Below, in pieces: positions 19,276-31,200 of a DNA stretch of 64,000 nt. The notes beneath the pieces are model-generated. The model ran no database searches. It saw only the letters and a program-made list of their open reading frames with translations, and was not told the origin of the DNA. The stretch lies in the IMG/VR virus record IMGVR_UViG_3300042324_001267. One strand, written 5' to 3'. Both the position numbers and the translations under genes were made by a program. The first letter of the stretch is position 1, and every line of letters begins with the position of its first letter. The DNA is from a virus.

Positions 19276-20310
19276 ATGTCATTCAAAAGATTAGATCCAG
19301 AAGATATATCCATTAGTGCAGAGTCAGTAGTGACTCCTCTATGGTCTACAAACAGCAAACTGTTAACTTCATTTTTCACATCATCTACTCAAGTAGCTTC
19401 TACAGGAGAATATTTTCATAGAATATACAATACAGATATAAACCTAGTTGATACAGCAGTAGCGCAAATGGGAATTACCTATGGAGATAAAGACGGTAAA
19501 GGATCAGTAAACTATAACGGAGGTGCAGCAGGTAAATCACCATCTTCAACAATATATGGACAGTATAGAAATTTAGTATTTGGAGATGAAGATACAAATT
19601 TTACATTTCAAGGACAGTCTTCTGACTACATCTACGTAATCTCTATCGATAGAGCTAGGTATAAAGAAAAACTTCTACCAGGAAGCTTTAACCTAACACT
19701 TTCAGGTTCAGGTGCTGCTAAAATACGTTTAACAGATAATAGTGAAACACTAACAACAATCTCATATGTAGACTCAGGAAGAGTATATGATATTATTAGT
19801 GGTTCAAACGGTTACCCATGGGATTGGAACGGTACTACAGCAACTAACGGATATAATACAACTGGAGGAAGCTATGGTAAGTACTTACCAGATGTAGGAG
19901 TTATTATTCTTAGTGGAGAAGCATTAGATGATGCTTTTGTAGATGGAGGTCTTGCTTTAGGTACAGCCAGAACAGCTTCACCAGGTACTGATGAAGAGAA
20001 TATTAAGAAATTTTATAATGCTATCACTAAAGGAGCATATTTTGAATCACAAGCAGAAGAAACAGTATCTTCAAACTACATATTTGTTCGAGTAAGAAAT
20101 AGTGAATTCAACTACTCAACAAATCCTTCTAACATTACAGGTTCAGGAGAATTGAGACATGATATTATGATTAATACACCTCAAGCGTATTTAACAACAG
20201 TAGGCCTATATAACGATAATAATGACCTTTTAGCAGTAGCAAAATTATCTAAACCACTCTTAAAGGATTTCACAAAAGAAGCATTAGTAAGAATCAAGTT
20301 GGACTATTAA
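19276..20310 (+). CDS. Putative baseplate structural protein (paralog A)
   Basis: C-terminal EFNYS.NPS...TTVGLYNDNNDLLAVAK. Confidence 0.55.
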   Translation: MSFKRLDPEDISISAESVVTPLWSTNSKLLTSFFTSSTQVASTGEYFHRIYNTDINLVDTAVAQMGITYGDKDGKGSVNYNGGAAGKSPSSTIYGQYRNLVFGDEDTNFTFQGQSSDYIYVISIDRARYKEKLLPGSFNLTLSGSGAAKIRLTDNSETLTTISYVDSGRVYDIISGSNGYPWDWNGTTATNGYNTTGGSYGKYLPDVGVIILSGEALDDAFVDGGLALGTARTASPGTDEENIKKFYNAITKGAYFESQAEETVSSNYIFVRVRNSEFNYSTNPSNITGSGELRHDIMINTPQAYLTTVGLYNDNNDLLAVAKLSKPLLKDFTKEALVRIKLDY

Positions 20311-20313
20311 TGA

Positions 20314-21387
20314 ATGAGTGCTTACAAAAAACTAAACAAGCAAGATGCTTACATAACCACATACACTGCCCGAAAATCTTGGGCAGTATCTGGTAGTGAT
20401 TATAGCGCAAATAGAATAGAGACACTTGTAGGTATCTCCGGTTCTTCAAATTACTACTTACCTACAAACGAAATACAAAGTATTTCATACAAGAGATTAA
20501 TCTTTCAAAGTACAAATCATTTATATTACAGCTTATTTCAAAGCGGAAGTATAACAACTACAGGATCTTATGACAACTTTCTACAATCCTCTTACACTAG
20601 TGGATCTAGAAACATACATTCGTATATAGGGGTTTACTCTATGCCAAGAGATATTGTAGGTACTCACATTGAACCTTTCTCTCTAGAAATAGTTCCTGAA
20701 GCAGGAGTCTCTTCAAGTTATGTACTCTCTTCTTACGCCAGAGAAAACGCAGAAGATGATTACGTAGAAGATTTCTTTAACATATACGGATCTACACCAA
20801 ATGCTTGTAATATAATTGGTAGCGATTACTTGACTAACGAAGGTAACTATGTACAAGAAACACCAGCAGCAGGAGGAGAATATTTAGATACACCAGATGG
20901 GTATTCATCTACTATAGTAGATGATGGAGAGGGTAACCTATACTTAAAATGTTCTAGTCCTAGAAAGTATGTAGGAAATGTAATATACACTCACGGTCAG
21001 ATTATAATCACAGACGAGCTTGTAGCAAACTACCTAATGGACTATGTAGACGGAACAGTTAGATGGAAATCTAATCATCCTATTTATACACATAACTACC
21101 ACTGTAGGATTAGAGAGTCGGAATTTAACCACACATATAATCCCTCAGCACTAAGTAGTTCAATAAAAACAACATACTATAATGACGGAACAGAGTATTC
21201 AAATACACTTGCTTCATCAACAGGAGACTTACATAATAACGTAACAGGAAGCTACTTCCAACCGTATATTACAACAGTCGGATTATACAACGATGCAAAT
21301 GAACTAATAGCAGTAGGTAAAATGGGTCAACCGGTACCAAAATCTGCAAATACAGATATGACTTTCATTGTAAAAATAGATATATAA
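20314..21387 (+). CDS. Putative baseplate structural protein (paralog B)
   Basis: C-terminal EFNHTYNPS...TTVGLYNDANELIAVGK shared with upstream gene. Confidence 0.55.
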   Translation: MSAYKKLNKQDAYITTYTARKSWAVSGSDYSANRIETLVGISGSSNYYLPTNEIQSISYKRLIFQSTNHLYYSLFQSGSITTTGSYDNFLQSSYTSGSRNIHSYIGVYSMPRDIVGTHIEPFSLEIVPEAGVSSSYVLSSYARENAEDDYVEDFFNIYGSTPNACNIIGSDYLTNEGNYVQETPAAGGEYLDTPDGYSSTIVDDGEGNLYLKCSSPRKYVGNVIYTHGQIIITDELVANYLMDYVDGTVRWKSNHPIYTHNYHCRIRESEFNHTYNPSALSSSIKTTYYNDGTEYSNTLASSTGDLHNNVTGSYFQPYITTVGLYNDANELIAVGKMGQPVPKSANTDMTFIVKIDI

Positions 21388-21397
21388 AATAAGTAAT

Positions 21398-23575
21398 ATG
21401 GCAATACAATTAAGAACAAACAAAGCATCAGCACTTACCTATAATGAGATGGATAGGAACTTTTCTTCCTTCTTTTATTCTGCGTCTATAGATAATGGTA
21501 ATATGCTAAAACTGTGGTATACAGGAAGTAGTACATTAAATACTGCACCAGGAGATGATTTTGGACCAGCTAGGTTTGTACCTATTGATCTACAGCCAAC
21601 TACAGGAGCAACACCTACACTAGTAGTAGCAGGAGATCCAAGAACTATTCAATTCAGACATAGTACTAATCCTATTCTAGATGCAGACAACGGGTTCTTA
21701 TACAATACTGCACAGCAATTAGGAATAGGAGTATCGCTTCCTGCTGCAAATGCAAAAATACATGCAAAAGGTACAAACGCTATCCCAGCCACATTAAGAC
21801 TGGAGAGTACTGTTACAGTAGGTACAAACAGACGAGCTGCTGTAGATTTCTATCAAGGAACAACACTTATGGGAACTATCGGAAGACATGACCATAATGA
21901 TAATAACCTGTACATAAAATCATGGGCACCTTCTGGAAAATTTGCTGAACTTCAAGACCCAGGGCATATTAGGTTTGTAGTAGGGAGTAATGCAAATTAC
22001 GGAGCCTTTACACAAGCCGGATTCGGTATAGGTACCTTCTCACCACAACACCTTTTTCATGCAGAAGGTAATGGATTTTTTGCAGGAAGATTAGGAGTAG
22101 GAACTGGACCAGGGTCAGCAGCACTACATGTATTCCAGACAGCACAAACAGGGACATTATTAGGAGACTTTCAAACTATTGCTCAATTTGGAATAACACC
22201 GCAACAAAACGTAGACTCATTAAAAATACTATCAGTTAGACAGCTAGCTGGAGGAGGAGATTGGTTGAGTAACGGAATGAGAATTCAACAGGATGTTGAC
22301 GGATCCTACCGTACTTATATACAGTTCAGCGGACAAGGTAACTTACATGGATTCTCAATAGGAACAGGTCAAAGTACAAGTCCACATGCACCAGGAGATA
22401 TAGGTATAGAAGAGAGATTCAGAATTGATTCATATGGAAATATCTCTATGAACAAATCAATACCTAATGCTAAATTAGATGTAAACGGAGATACTATTGT
22501 AACAGGTTCTTTTACAGTAAAAGGAAATACAGTAACAACAGGAACTGCTGCAGTAGGACTTTCATTAACAACAGGAACATCGGCAGCTGTAGGTACAAAC
22601 CTAACAGTAGGAAATATAGCAACTATATTAAATGTACCAGCAAGTGTTGAATCTAACCCAAGGGTATTAACAGTAAGCCAGACAGCTGGCTCTATAGGGC
22701 AGATTCAATATATTACAGGTACTTTTCCACTAGGAGGTATTGTAATGTGGGCAGGGTCACCAACAGCACCTCCAGCAGGTTGGACACTCTGTGATGGTAG
22801 AGCACCGGTAGGAGGGGTAACAATTCCAGATTTAAGAGAAAGATTTATTGTAGGAGCAGGAGGAAAGAATAATGAGGTAGTAACATACGATTTTACTACA
22901 TTTACTATAAATTCAAACTTAACTTTTAATACAGGGAATTCATACGTACAAGGAACGTTTACTAAAGTAAGTAATACTTCTATGGTAACGAATCCTACCC
23001 CTAGCACAGCGGTTTTTAATTCTAATATGGGTCAAAGCACACCAGGCACACCGGACATTGGCAGACAATACGCACTATACTCACTAGTAGGTAATAGTGC
23101 AAATACATCGTACTTCTTAGTGTATCATCAAGGTCTAGATAATTACGTATTATACAGAGGTTATGTACCTGCAAATGGAACTAATGTAACAACAGGATAT
23201 CCATACGTACTATTCCCACCAGGATCTATAGCAGTATTATCACAAACAGGTAACCTAGTAACACATAGACCTAATATTAGTACGATACAATGGGTAGCCG
23301 ATATAAATGGATATACAGTAGGAGAAAAAGGAGGATTTAACAACGTTAAGTTACATACTTCTGAAATGCCTTCACACAATCACGGTTTCACAAGAAGTTG
23401 GAGAGATAACGGAGATTATGGAAGAGGATTAGAGACAGGGGATACCGAAATAGGTACTCAAGATTTCCCAACACCTCCTAATGAGGGAAATATACATTTT
23501 ACAGGAGGTAATTTCCCTCACGAAAACAGACCACCTTATTATGCATTAGCATTCATTATATATACAGGTGCATAA
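21398..23575 (+). CDS. Tail fibre protein with tail-collar domain
   Basis: LTYNEMDRNF N-terminus; P.GGIVMWAG..GW.LCDG..PDLRERFIVGAG; EMPSHNH; HENRPPYYALAFI. Confidence 0.8.
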   Translation: MAIQLRTNKASALTYNEMDRNFSSFFYSASIDNGNMLKLWYTGSSTLNTAPGDDFGPARFVPIDLQPTTGATPTLVVAGDPRTIQFRHSTNPILDADNGFLYNTAQQLGIGVSLPAANAKIHAKGTNAIPATLRLESTVTVGTNRRAAVDFYQGTTLMGTIGRHDHNDNNLYIKSWAPSGKFAELQDPGHIRFVVGSNANYGAFTQAGFGIGTFSPQHLFHAEGNGFFAGRLGVGTGPGSAALHVFQTAQTGTLLGDFQTIAQFGITPQQNVDSLKILSVRQLAGGGDWLSNGMRIQQDVDGSYRTYIQFSGQGNLHGFSIGTGQSTSPHAPGDIGIEERFRIDSYGNISMNKSIPNAKLDVNGDTIVTGSFTVKGNTVTTGTAAVGLSLTTGTSAAVGTNLTVGNIATILNVPASVESNPRVLTVSQTAGSIGQIQYITGTFPLGGIVMWAGSPTAPPAGWTLCDGRAPVGGVTIPDLRERFIVGAGGKNNEVVTYDFTTFTINSNLTFNTGNSYVQGTFTKVSNTSMVTNPTPSTAVFNSNMGQSTPGTPDIGRQYALYSLVGNSANTSYFLVYHQGLDNYVLYRGYVPANGTNVTTGYPYVLFPPGSIAVLSQTGNLVTHRPNISTIQWVADINGYTVGEKGGFNNVKLHTSEMPSHNHGFTRSWRDNGDYGRGLETGDTEIGTQDFPTPPNEGNIHFTGGNFPHENRPPYYALAFIIYTGA

Positions 23576-23613
23576 AACAGAAGATTAAAAGAAGATATTT
23601 ATAATAAAGTACT

Positions 23614-25419
23614 ATGGCAATAACATTTAGAACAAGTCTAGGAGCAGCTCTCACCCATGCACAAATGGATGAGAACTTCTCTTCTGTTTACTTCTCAAGT
23701 TCCATTCACAATATACCTAACTCTACTTCAAAAGAGTTAAAATTATGGTTCGATAACGATACAGACCCTTTAACATACCACAGTGTTGAATTACCAGCAC
23801 CAGGAGGAGGAACAGTAACAATAGATGGTAATCAAAACAATAATGTACTAACAGCAACTGGAGGGACATCACTTCAAGGAGAATCAAATCTTACTTTTGA
23901 TGGAAGTATACTAACCCTAGCCGGTAGGTTTGAACCAGTAGATACAGTAGGAAATCTAAGTATAGGAGCTGGTGCAGGTCTAGCAGCAACTGCTGGAAGT
24001 AATATACTAATAGGAGCTCTTGCAGGACAGGATATAGGAGGTACAGATAACGTAGCGATAGGGGATAATTCTCTTGTAAGTGCAGATCAAGTAAGTAGTA
24101 CGGTAGCAGTAGGGGATTATTCATTAGTAAATCTTACTACAGGGCATAGTAATACTGCAATAGGAGTTCAAACAGGTGAGAATGTACAAGCAGGAATGGG
24201 CAATATCTACATAGGGTATGCAGCAGGACCTCTTACAAATACTCCAACACAGAATAACAAACTATACATAAATAACTCACCAGACGATACACCTCTTATT
24301 TTAGGTGATTTTGCTACAGGTCAAGTAACCTTCCACAGCCAGGTGTCTGCATCGGTTTTCTCTGGTTCTTTCATAGGAAACGGAGCAGGATTGACAGGAG
24401 TAACAACTGAATGGGACGGTACTAGAAACGGTTTTGCACAAATAACAGGATCGTTAATTGTATCAGGTTCAACACCTACTACAGTTCAATTTCTAAACAT
24501 GACTGCAATATCAGGATCTGTATTTTCAGGATCATTTGTAGGAGATGGATCAGGGTTAACAGGTATTATTGCCAACTCAGAATGGGATGGTACTAGAAAT
24601 GGAAATGGAGAGATAACAGGATCATTTATTGTATCAGGTTCTTCACCGACTATTAACTTAAAAGGTGTTACAACCATTGATGAAAATATTAAAATACATA
24701 ACCCAGACGGTTCATCAATAGGTATAGGGACAGGTACACTAAACAACACATCAGCTGCTAGTGTAGCATTAGGAGCATACGCAGGAGCAGGAGCAGATAA
24801 CAGCACTACCTCAATAGGCTATTCAGCAGGTCAGAATGCTGGAGGTGAATCATCATATTTAGGGTACCTTGCAGGAGGAGGTAACAACGGTAAATACTCA
24901 ACAGGGATAGGGAGTCTAGTGTTAACTAAAGCTAATGAATCGAGTTTTGAGACTGCCTTGGGGTACTTATCTTTATTTAAAGTAAATCAAGGATATGGAG
25001 ATGTATCAATAGGTGCAGAAACCCTATCAAACTTAGAAGAAGGTGCATACAATACAGTTGTAGGTACAGGGGCTTTTAAGAACCTTATTAGAGGTAGAGG
25101 GAATGTAGCTTTAGGTTTTGAAGCAGGAAGTCCTAAGTTAGAAAAAGGAGGCTATGACAATGTATACCTAGGGCCTTATACAGGACGTGACGATGTAGTT
25201 TATGAAGAAAATCAACTTTATATAGATAATAGAAGAACAAACGATGCTTTAATAAGAGGAGATTTTAGCGATAGAATATTAACATTTAATGCATTACAGA
25301 TATTCCTACCAGGATTATTAAATGAATCTGATCAATCCCCAGGAAATTTAGCAGCAATTAATGCACTACCATCTGGAGCTCTTTATAAGAGTTGGGACCT
25401 TGTAGTAGTTAAGCCATAA
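23614..25419 (+). CDS. Tail fibre/adhesin-like protein
   Basis: LTHAQMDENF N-terminus shared with previous fibre; N-x-A-I-G beta-roll repeats; SGSF.G.G.GLTG motifs. Confidence 0.75.
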   Translation: MAITFRTSLGAALTHAQMDENFSSVYFSSSIHNIPNSTSKELKLWFDNDTDPLTYHSVELPAPGGGTVTIDGNQNNNVLTATGGTSLQGESNLTFDGSILTLAGRFEPVDTVGNLSIGAGAGLAATAGSNILIGALAGQDIGGTDNVAIGDNSLVSADQVSSTVAVGDYSLVNLTTGHSNTAIGVQTGENVQAGMGNIYIGYAAGPLTNTPTQNNKLYINNSPDDTPLILGDFATGQVTFHSQVSASVFSGSFIGNGAGLTGVTTEWDGTRNGFAQITGSLIVSGSTPTTVQFLNMTAISGSVFSGSFVGDGSGLTGIIANSEWDGTRNGNGEITGSFIVSGSSPTINLKGVTTIDENIKIHNPDGSSIGIGTGTLNNTSAASVALGAYAGAGADNSTTSIGYSAGQNAGGESSYLGYLAGGGNNGKYSTGIGSLVLTKANESSFETALGYLSLFKVNQGYGDVSIGAETLSNLEEGAYNTVVGTGAFKNLIRGRGNVALGFEAGSPKLEKGGYDNVYLGPYTGRDDVVYEENQLYIDNRRTNDALIRGDFSDRILTFNALQIFLPGLLNESDQSPGNLAAINALPSGALYKSWDLVVVKP

Positions 25420-25444
25420 TAGTAGAAAATAAAAATAAAAGAAT

Positions 25445-26080
25445 ATGCCAACAATCGGTAATCTAACAGTAGTAGGGCCTTTAATAGTATCAGGATCTAT
25501 AATAATGCAGTCAGGAAGTGCTTTTCAAGGAAGTGGATCCTTTACTGGTTCTTTTTCTGGATCTTATGTAGGAGATGGATCAGGGTTAACAGGAATAACA
25601 ACAGCCAACTGGAATGGAATTAGAAGCGGTAGTGCAGGTATTACAGGCTCTTTAACAGTTGTATCCGGAAGTACTTCACTTCAAGGAGTAACTATAGGGA
25701 GTACCTTAACCATATCAACAGGGAGTGCTACAGCAGCTAGTGTTAATGTATTTCACTATGCAACAAGCAGTCTCTCAGGAACAAATGTTTTAATGACTTT
25801 CCCGATATCTGCTTCAGCAGGTTATAGTGGATTTAAAGCAGACTACGTACTAACAACTGCTACTGAAAACGAAAAGAAAGTAGGTACATTACTAGGTAGC
25901 TGGGATAGATCGGGGAATGCAAGTATAACAGATAACCACGTAGTAGCAACAGGTGATGCAATATCAAGCTCTTTTAGCTTAGTTGCTTCATCTCTAACAT
26001 CTGCTTCATTATATGTAGATGCAGTAGGAGGTAATTTTGAAATAAACATGCTAGTAACAGCATTTAAGAGACCAGTATAA
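25445..26080 (+). CDS. Gly/Ser-rich fibre-associated protein
   Basis: GSFTGSFSGSYVGDGSGLTG motif. Confidence 0.6.
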   Translation: MPTIGNLTVVGPLIVSGSIIMQSGSAFQGSGSFTGSFSGSYVGDGSGLTGITTANWNGIRSGSAGITGSLTVVSGSTSLQGVTIGSTLTISTGSATAASVNVFHYATSSLSGTNVLMTFPISASAGYSGFKADYVLTTATENEKKVGTLLGSWDRSGNASITDNHVVATGDAISSSFSLVASSLTSASLYVDAVGGNFEINMLVTAFKRPV

Positions 26081-26093
26081 AATAATATAAAAC

Positions 26094-28229
26094 ATGGCTA
26101 ACGAACATATCATAAGTAATAATACACAGATATCAGGCTCACTTAACGTAAGTGGTGCAATATCTGCATCTGCATTCTACGGAGATGGATCAGGTTTACT
26201 TTACGTAACAGCTTCCTCACAGTGGAACGGAGTATTAACAGGTAGTGTAGATATTACAGGATCCCTTAGAGTAGAAGGTGGAAATATAGATTTAAGATTC
26301 TCATCAGGAGCATCAGGATCTTTTTCAGGATCTTTACAAGGAGATGGATCAAAGATAACAGGACTAAGCCTAAATGGATATCAAGCATCAGGAAGTAACT
26401 TTACAGGTTCTTTCTCAGGATCATTTACAGGAAACGGTTCAGGATTAACAGGAGTAACTGCTTCTTTCTTTACAGGATCCGTAACAAATGCTACATCAGC
26501 TTCTTTTGCAAGTACAGCTTCATATTGGAGCGGTTCGATAGCAAGTTCTTCTTATGCAGTATCAGCTTCATTTGCTGCAACAGCATCATACTGGAGTGGA
26601 TCATTTACAAGTGCACAAACAGCATCATACGTTAACTCTTTAGTACAGGATGTACAGTTAACAGGATCTTTAGATATAACAGGTAGCCAAACAGTATCAT
26701 CAACATTAGAAGTAACTGGTAAAATACGATCTACAGCAGGAGTTGACATAGTACCGACAAATGGAATACACTGGAAAACAGGAGGATTTAATACAACAGC
26801 AGTAGGGTCAGTAATATATAACGATGGTATAAGATTTTTCTCAAATGGACTAGTAACACCTAGAATGTTTATTAGTTCAAGCGGAAATATAGGTATTGCA
26901 ACTATAACCCCAACTCTAGGAAAATTACAAGTAGAAGGAAATATCTACGCTACATCTGTAACAAGTTCTTTATTAGGAACAGCATCTTACGCCTCTCAAG
27001 CATTATCTGCTTCTTGGGCACCAATCCCAGTATCTGCTTCTTTTGCAACAACTGCTTCTTATTTTAATACAAGTGCATTAACATCATTAACAGCATTTAA
27101 TACATTTACAGGTTCATTTAATACTGGATCTTATACCGGATCATTTACAGGAAACGGATCTGGGTTAACAGGTATAGCAGCAGAGTGGGATGGATCTTTA
27201 TCTGGAAGTGCAAGTATTACAGGATCATTAATAGTAACAGGTACTGTAACAGCAAATACATTTGTAGGAGACGGGGCAGGAATAACAGGAATTGTTTCAC
27301 CCACAGCCATTACAGCATCTTATGCAATATCGGCCTCATACACAGATGTAGTAGGGTTAGCAACAACAGCATCTTATACATTATTTGCAGAATCTAGTAA
27401 TACAGCTTCTATAGCAGGAACAGCAGCTTTTGCAGAATCTAGTAATACAGCTTCTATAGCCACTTCTGCTTCATTTGCAGCAACAGCATCATACTATAAT
27501 GGAAGTGTAATATCTGCTTCTTTTGCAACAAACGCAATAACAGCAAGTTACTTACTAGGAACAGTTACTGCTTCTTATTCAAATACATCTATATCAGCTT
27601 CTTATGCAGCAACAAGCTCTTACGCTACTTATGCATTATCTGCATCATATATAGATGTAGTAGATCAGACAGGTGGAACAGGTCCTTACTATCCATTATT
27701 TAGCGATGGTACAATAAACAATAGAATATATATTGATAGTTCTTTATATTCATATAATGCTACAACAAATACATTAACTGTAACAGCTTCAAGAGCAGTA
27801 ACGGCATCTCATGCTTTAACAGCATCTTACTACAATGGAAGTGTGGTATCAGCTTCTTATGCTCAAACAGCATCTTTAGCACCAGGATACTTACCACTTA
27901 CAGGAGGAACAGTATCAGGAGACTTAACAGTAACAGGAAATCTAACAGCACAGCAATATATAGTATCTTCATCTGTAACATATTTTACTGAATCATTCTC
28001 TTCAGGATCTACTAGATTTGGAGACACTTTAGATGATACACATCAATTTACTGGTTCTTTATCAGTAACAGGTTCTTTTCAAGTAAGTAACAATTCAGCA
28101 GTAGCAGGTATAACAAATGCAGGTTCATTAAGATATAGAACATCAGGAAATAATTCTTTTGTAGATATGTCAATGCAAACAGGAGCTTCAACTTACGAAT
28201 GGGTAAACATAGTACAAAATAACTGGTAA
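26094..28229 (+). CDS. Ser/Ala/Thr-rich fibre protein
   Basis: Many [ST]AS[YF]A hexad repeats and SGS motifs. Confidence 0.65.
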   Translation: MANEHIISNNTQISGSLNVSGAISASAFYGDGSGLLYVTASSQWNGVLTGSVDITGSLRVEGGNIDLRFSSGASGSFSGSLQGDGSKITGLSLNGYQASGSNFTGSFSGSFTGNGSGLTGVTASFFTGSVTNATSASFASTASYWSGSIASSSYAVSASFAATASYWSGSFTSAQTASYVNSLVQDVQLTGSLDITGSQTVSSTLEVTGKIRSTAGVDIVPTNGIHWKTGGFNTTAVGSVIYNDGIRFFSNGLVTPRMFISSSGNIGIATITPTLGKLQVEGNIYATSVTSSLLGTASYASQALSASWAPIPVSASFATTASYFNTSALTSLTAFNTFTGSFNTGSYTGSFTGNGSGLTGIAAEWDGSLSGSASITGSLIVTGTVTANTFVGDGAGITGIVSPTAITASYAISASYTDVVGLATTASYTLFAESSNTASIAGTAAFAESSNTASIATSASFAATASYYNGSVISASFATNAITASYLLGTVTASYSNTSISASYAATSSYATYALSASYIDVVDQTGGTGPYYPLFSDGTINNRIYIDSSLYSYNATTNTLTVTASRAVTASHALTASYYNGSVVSASYAQTASLAPGYLPLTGGTVSGDLTVTGNLTAQQYIVSSSVTYFTESFSSGSTRFGDTLDDTHQFTGSLSVTGSFQVSNNSAVAGITNAGSLRYRTSGNNSFVDMSMQTGASTYEWVNIVQNNW

Positions 28230-28243
28230 TAAAGTAAAATAAA

Positions 28244-31200
28244 ATGGCAAAAAAATATACAGCTGATTCAGTAGAGGCTACATCATTTACAGGTTCGTTA
28301 TTTGGAACAGCTTCCTATGCAACAACAGCATCTTTAGCACCAGGATACTTACCGCTAACAGGAGGAACAGTATCAGGTAATATAACAGTAACAGGAACAA
28401 CACAATTAAACGGCAGTACAGCTATAACTGGTTCTTTATCACAAGGACCAACTGGTAATATAGTAATAGGACAGTACTCTCATGCTGAAGGAAATTCTAC
28501 ATCAGCATCAGGTAACTATTCACATGCCGAAGGAAATTATACAAGAACAGTAGGACAATACTCTCATGCTGAAGGAAGTTATACACTAGCATCAGCATCG
28601 TACTCTCATGCTGAAGGAAGTGAAACAACAGCATCAGGTAACTATTCACATGCTGAAGGATATCAAACTACTGCAAGAGGAACATACTCACATGCTCAAG
28701 GTATTACTACAATATCATCAGGATCTTATTCACATGCAGAAGGAGTTAGTACAATAGCACAGGGGTATGGATCACATGCAGAAGGAAGTGAAGCAATAGC
28801 TGTAGGAAATCGCTCACATGCCGAAGGTCGAAAAACATCTGCATCAGGAGATTACTCTCATGCTGAAGGATACTTCACAATAGCATCAGGATCTTACTCA
28901 CATGCCGAAGGATTTACCACAGAAGCAATCGGGGATGCTTCACATGCTGAAGGATATACTACTTATGCAAGAGGAACATACTCACACGCTGAAGGACAGA
29001 ATACACAAGCATCAGGATCTTACTCACATGCTGAAGGTATTAACTCAGTAGCAATAGGGTTAGCATCACATGCAGAAGGGTATAACACAATAGCATCAGG
29101 AAACTACTCACATGCAGAAGGAGACTCTACCATTGCATCAGGAAATTCATCACATGTAGAAGGCCTTCAAACCATATCATCAGGATCTTACCAACACGTT
29201 CAAGGGCAGTTTAACATTACATCATCAGCACAGTCTGCTTTCATAATAGGAAACGGAACATTTGGAAATAGATCAAATCTAGTACTTGCATCAGGATCTC
29301 AATTTCAAGTAACAGGATCAGTTATTGCTACTCAAGGATTAACAGGTTCTCTACAAGGAACAGCTTCTTACGCTTTAAACAGCGGAGGTGTAGCAGCTTT
29401 TCCATATACAGGAAGTGCTTTAATAACAGGTTCATTAGGAGTAACAGGAAGTCTTTCACAAGGATTAGCAAATATAGCAACTGGAAACTTTTCACATGCC
29501 GAAGGTACAGGATCAGTAGCAATAGGGGACTATTCACATGCTGAAGGAGAAAGAACAATAACACAAGGACAGTCATCACATGCAGAAGGACTAAGTACCA
29601 GAACAGTAGGGTATGGATCACATGTTGAAGGAAATCAAACACGTACTGACGGTTCTTTTTCACATGCCGAAGGATACTTTACATCAGCATCAGGATACAG
29701 TTCACATGCAGAAGGAAGTTCAAGTACAGCATCAGGGTTTTATTCACATGCTGAAGGATCTTATACCCTAGCACAAGGAGCAGTATCCCACACTGAAGGA
29801 GGCTACACAACAGCCTCAGGAGACTACTCACATGCAGAAGGAGAGACCACAATAGCATCAGGATCTTATTCACATGCAGAAGGAAGTCAAACATTATCAC
29901 AAGGAGTGTCTTCACACGCTGAAGGAATAAGTACAATAGCATTAGGAGAAGGTTCACACGCAGAAGGAAGCTTAACATCAGCAGTAGGCGACATATCTCA
30001 TGCAGAAGGACTTAGGACTATAGCAAACGGAATAGCTTCACATACTCAAGGACTATACACAACAGCTTCAGGAAACTATTCTCATGCAGAAGGCTCAGGA
30101 TCACTAGCTTCAGGTATGGCAGCACATGCTGAAGGATTCTTTACAATAGCATCAGGGTCTTCTTCTCATGCAGAAGGGTATCAAACACAGGCAGTAGGGG
30201 AAACCTCACATGCAGAAGGAGTAATTACATTAGCATCAGGATATGCCTCACATGCTGAAGGCTCTACTACAAAAGCATCAGGAAATTATTCACATGCGGA
30301 AGGAGGCACCGCACACGCAAGAGGAGATTTTTCACACGCTGAAGGATTTAATACACTAGCATCAGCATCTTTTGCACATGCTGAAGGGCACAATACAACA
30401 GGATCAGGATACGCTTCACATGCTGAAGGCTTTAGTTCAAAAGCAACAGGTAACTACTCACATGCAGAAGGGTACAGTACAGTATCATTTGGACTTGTAT
30501 CACACGCTGAAGGGTCAAGCTCATTATCCTACGGTGATGCTTCACATGCAGAAGGACTTCTTACAACATCATCAGGAGATTTCTCACATGCTGAAGGATT
30601 CTTTACAGTAGCAACAGGTTCATGGTCACATGCTGAAGGAGAGATTACAACAGCATACGGTACAGGATCTCATGCTGAAGGATTAAATACTAATGCGATA
30701 GGTGACTACTCACATGCAGAGGGATACCTGTCAACAGCTATAGGGATATATTCACATGCAGAAGGACTAAATACTACAGCAACAGGAGTTATTGCTCACG
30801 CAGAAGGATCTGTAACTTATGCAGAAGGAGAAGCAGCACATGCTGAAGGAAGGCAAACAGTAGCTTCAGGACAATGGTCTCATGCAGAAGGAGAGTGGAC
30901 ACAAGCATACGCAACAGGATCACATGCTGAAGGGTATTTCACAGCAGCATCAGGAAGCTACCAACATGTTCAAGGACAGTACAACATATCATCATCAGCA
31001 CAATCTGCTTTTATAATAGGAAACGGAACAGCAGATGGATCTAGAAGTAACTTAGTATTTGCATCAGGATCTCAATTCCAAGTAACAGGATCAGTTATTG
31101 CTACTCAAGGATTTACAGGATCTTTCTCAGGAGATGGTTCTGCTTTAACAGGGGTAACAAGTACTCCTATTGCTTGGTTAGAATCTTATAGTCCTTTTAA

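Noticed and set aside
28465-30976. 42-bp periodic repeats as a CRISPR array or DGR target
   Set aside because: In-frame protein repeats with synonymous variation; no reverse transcriptase or adenine-specific template/variable pair seen.
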